From contig JASFEA010000072.1 in assembly GCA_050125095.1 (NCBI GenBank), positions 1 through 16,743 on the forward strand: a stretch of 16,743 bases of DNA. The letters are read 5' to 3'. Below the pieces are notes generated by a model. The model was not told the DNA's origin. It saw only the letters and a list, made by a program, of their open reading frames with translations, and did no database searches. Numbering within the stretch: the first letter of the stretch is position 1; each line of letters opens with the position of its first letter. The position numbers and the translations under genes were made by a program. This DNA is from a bacterium. GTDB lineage: Bacteria > Arandabacterota > Arandabacteria > Arandabacterales > JALGWA01. This document shows positions 15,801-16,743 of the stretch, in pieces.

Positions 15801-15943
15801 GGAACCATTACGGGGGATATGTCGGGAAAGGCGTCCACCGGCATATTCGTATACTCGTAAACGCCGAATGCGATAACCGCCATGACCGCTATCAGCACAA
15901 GGCCCCGGGCCCTGAGAAGGCCGCGCATCATTTTTTCAGTCAT
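12836..15943 (-). CDS. Heavy-metal efflux RND transporter permease, CzcA/CusA family
   Basis: 1035 aa with MPVDAFPDIS, APEEVERLITYPVESAMNGLPG, LGPISTGLGQIF, SANLMSLGGIAIAIGMLGDGAIVMVENI, EGKMFSPMAFT, VGFIALFGIAVQNG and RLRPVLMTALT. SD is AAGGGAG. Confidence 0.95.
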   Translation of the reverse strand: MTEKMMRGLLRARGLVLIAVMAVIAFGVYEYTNMPVDAFPDISPVMVPVFAEAHGMAPEEVERLITYPVESAMNGLPGVKEIKSTSAFGMAVVYVYFQDDIDIYFARQLVAERLAGAMAELPEMHEPPALGPISTGLGQIFIYYLTMDESVYTGGKERSAFLRELNDWVVKFQLQTVPGVTEILSIGGHVLQYQIQVNPYALHKYGLALEDIVEAVHDNNRNAGGQFLVLGSEEHLVRGVGLLETLEDISGIPVKVEDGVPVRIGDVARVEYGNEIRRGVVTRNGRNEVVSGMVLKLYGENTSRVIERLYEKVEEVRASLPAGVELVPYYEQAELVREATGTVKRALLIGAILVFITLVAFLGNFRTAAIVALSLPLCALIAVIAMGHFDISANLMSLGGIAIAIGMLGDGAIVMVENIYRHLNREDRGPADERHVIAEAAAEVSRPIVFSIIIIVAVFLPIFTLQGIEGKMFSPMAFTIAFALLGSLVTALLVSPVLSSYLLREGKHAEFVFLHKIKSAYKPRLLWALAHRRFVLAAALAAFVLSLTGLSLVGTEFIPTLEEGSILVGVTMAPSISLEKATETVMRLERRIMTFDEVDETVSRIGRPEAGSHPHPVNYAEIHIELKPTGEWEDYGSKRELIAALDRELSTYPGVNLNFTQPIQNAFDELLSGIKAQLAIKVFGEDLGLLRQKANEVHNAIGDVPGLVDLSVEQSFGQPQVQVVADRRACSRYGVTVGDILEVVELAVGGEVVDHIYLNTRRFGIHVRYQEEYRATLDAIANSLVHTEDGAHVPLSQVASVSPVTGPIQINREKNQRRWVVQGNVRGRDLGSVFEDIRDRIDERVDLPPGYFIEYGGQFENQQRAMQRLGVIVPVVIGIVFLLLWISFGTPRHALIILLNVPLALVGGVVGLLVTGEYVSVPASVGFIALFGIAVQNGVVLVTYFNQLRKGGSTLNEAIVEGGLLRLRPVLMTALTTVLGLLPLLVARGIGAEVQRPLAAVVVFGLTTSTLLTLFVIPAAYGYIEGRREGPLLAD

Positions 15944-15958
15944 ATCTGCTCCCTTGCC

Positions 15959-16741
15959 CTAGTGGCCGTGCCCGGCATGCGGGTCGATGTTTTCGGTTAC
16001 GACCTTGGCCTTGCACTCGAACGCCCCCTCCGCCACGTAGCGCCTGCCGGGGGTAAGCCCCGCGAGGACCTCCACGCGGTTCTCGTCACCGCGGCCGAGG
16101 GATACGGGAACGGGCTCGAACCCGTCACCCACTTCCACGAACACGACCCACTCCTCGTCCAGGTTCTGCGCGGCGGTGCGGGGTATGAGCACGGGCACCT
16201 CCGTCCCGGCGACCGAGAGCCTGGCGGAGACGAACAGCCCGGGCCTCCACAGCCCGTCGGGATTGGCCAGCACGATTCTCGCCGTCGCCGTGCGCGTGTT
16301 CTCGCCGACGACTGGGGAAACGTAGTCGATAATCCCCTCAGCGTCCGGCACTCCGTAGCCGGCCGATATCGTCACCTCTGTTCCCGTGCGTACGAAAGGG
16401 AGGTCCTTCTGAGTTATACTGAGGTCCACCCAAACTGTACTCAGATCGGCCACGACGAATATCTCCGAGTCGTCACCCACTTTCTCGCCGAGCGTGATGT
16501 GCTTGTCGACGACGGTTCCGTCGAATGGCGCCCGCACCTCATAGCGGGTGAATGCCTCATCATCGTCCGCGCTCAGCCTCCCGACCTGGCTCAGGGTGAG
16601 GCCCAGGGCGTAAAGCTTCTGCTCGGACGAACGAGACTCTATACGGGCTTCGGTAAGCTCGCTTCTTGCGTCCAGGTACTCCTGCTCGGATGTGATCTCC
16701 TTCTCCCAAAGGTTCTTCTCACGCTCGAAATTGGACTCAGC
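15959..16741 (-). CDS. Heavy-metal RND efflux periplasmic adaptor (CzcB-like membrane fusion protein), 5'-truncated by the window edge
   Basis: The frame stays open to the window end (AESNFEREKNLWEKEITSEQEYLDAR...QKLYALG...YEVRAPFDGTVVDKHITLGE...ADLSTVWV...TRTATARIVLANPDGLWRPGLFV) and ends in DPHAGHGH. It lies 15 bp upstream of the RND pump. Confidence 0.93.
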   Translation of the reverse strand, partial: AESNFEREKNLWEKEITSEQEYLDARSELTEARIESRSSEQKLYALGLTLSQVGRLSADDDEAFTRYEVRAPFDGTVVDKHITLGEKVGDDSEIFVVADLSTVWVDLSITQKDLPFVRTGTEVTISAGYGVPDAEGIIDYVSPVVGENTRTATARIVLANPDGLWRPGLFVSARLSVAGTEVPVLIPRTAAQNLDEEWVVFVEVGDGFEPVPVSLGRGDENRVEVLAGLTPGRRYVAEGAFECKAKVVTENIDPHAGHGH

Positions 16742-16743
16742 CA

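Overview
GC-rich bacterial chromosomal window with 12 supportable CDSs, a cobalamin riboswitch and several sigma70-type promoters. No mobile element, CRISPR array, tRNA or rRNA was seen. In order: 3' part of an acyl-CoA dehydrogenase; a 164-aa hypothetical; two tandem paralogous secreted 7-repeat beta-propeller proteins with FlgD-Ig/T9SS-like C-terminal tails; a divergently transcribed exported TPR + DUF2271-like protein; a bPH_2 membrane protein; a membrane-anchored, degenerate HD-GYP protein; a cobalamin-riboswitch-controlled operon (BtuB-like TonB-dependent receptor plus a secreted beta-propeller with a FlgD-Ig/T9SS-like tail); a 72-aa three-repeat protein with its own promoter; and the distal part of a heavy-metal RND efflux operon (CzcA/CusA-family pump and CzcB-like adaptor). 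The most interesting element is the B12 operon. Its propeller looks like a BtuG analogue that uses a C-terminal sorting domain instead of a lipid anchor. The tails and gene content suggest a diderm FCB-affiliated lineage (inference only). All family assignments come from reading motifs by eye, with no database search.
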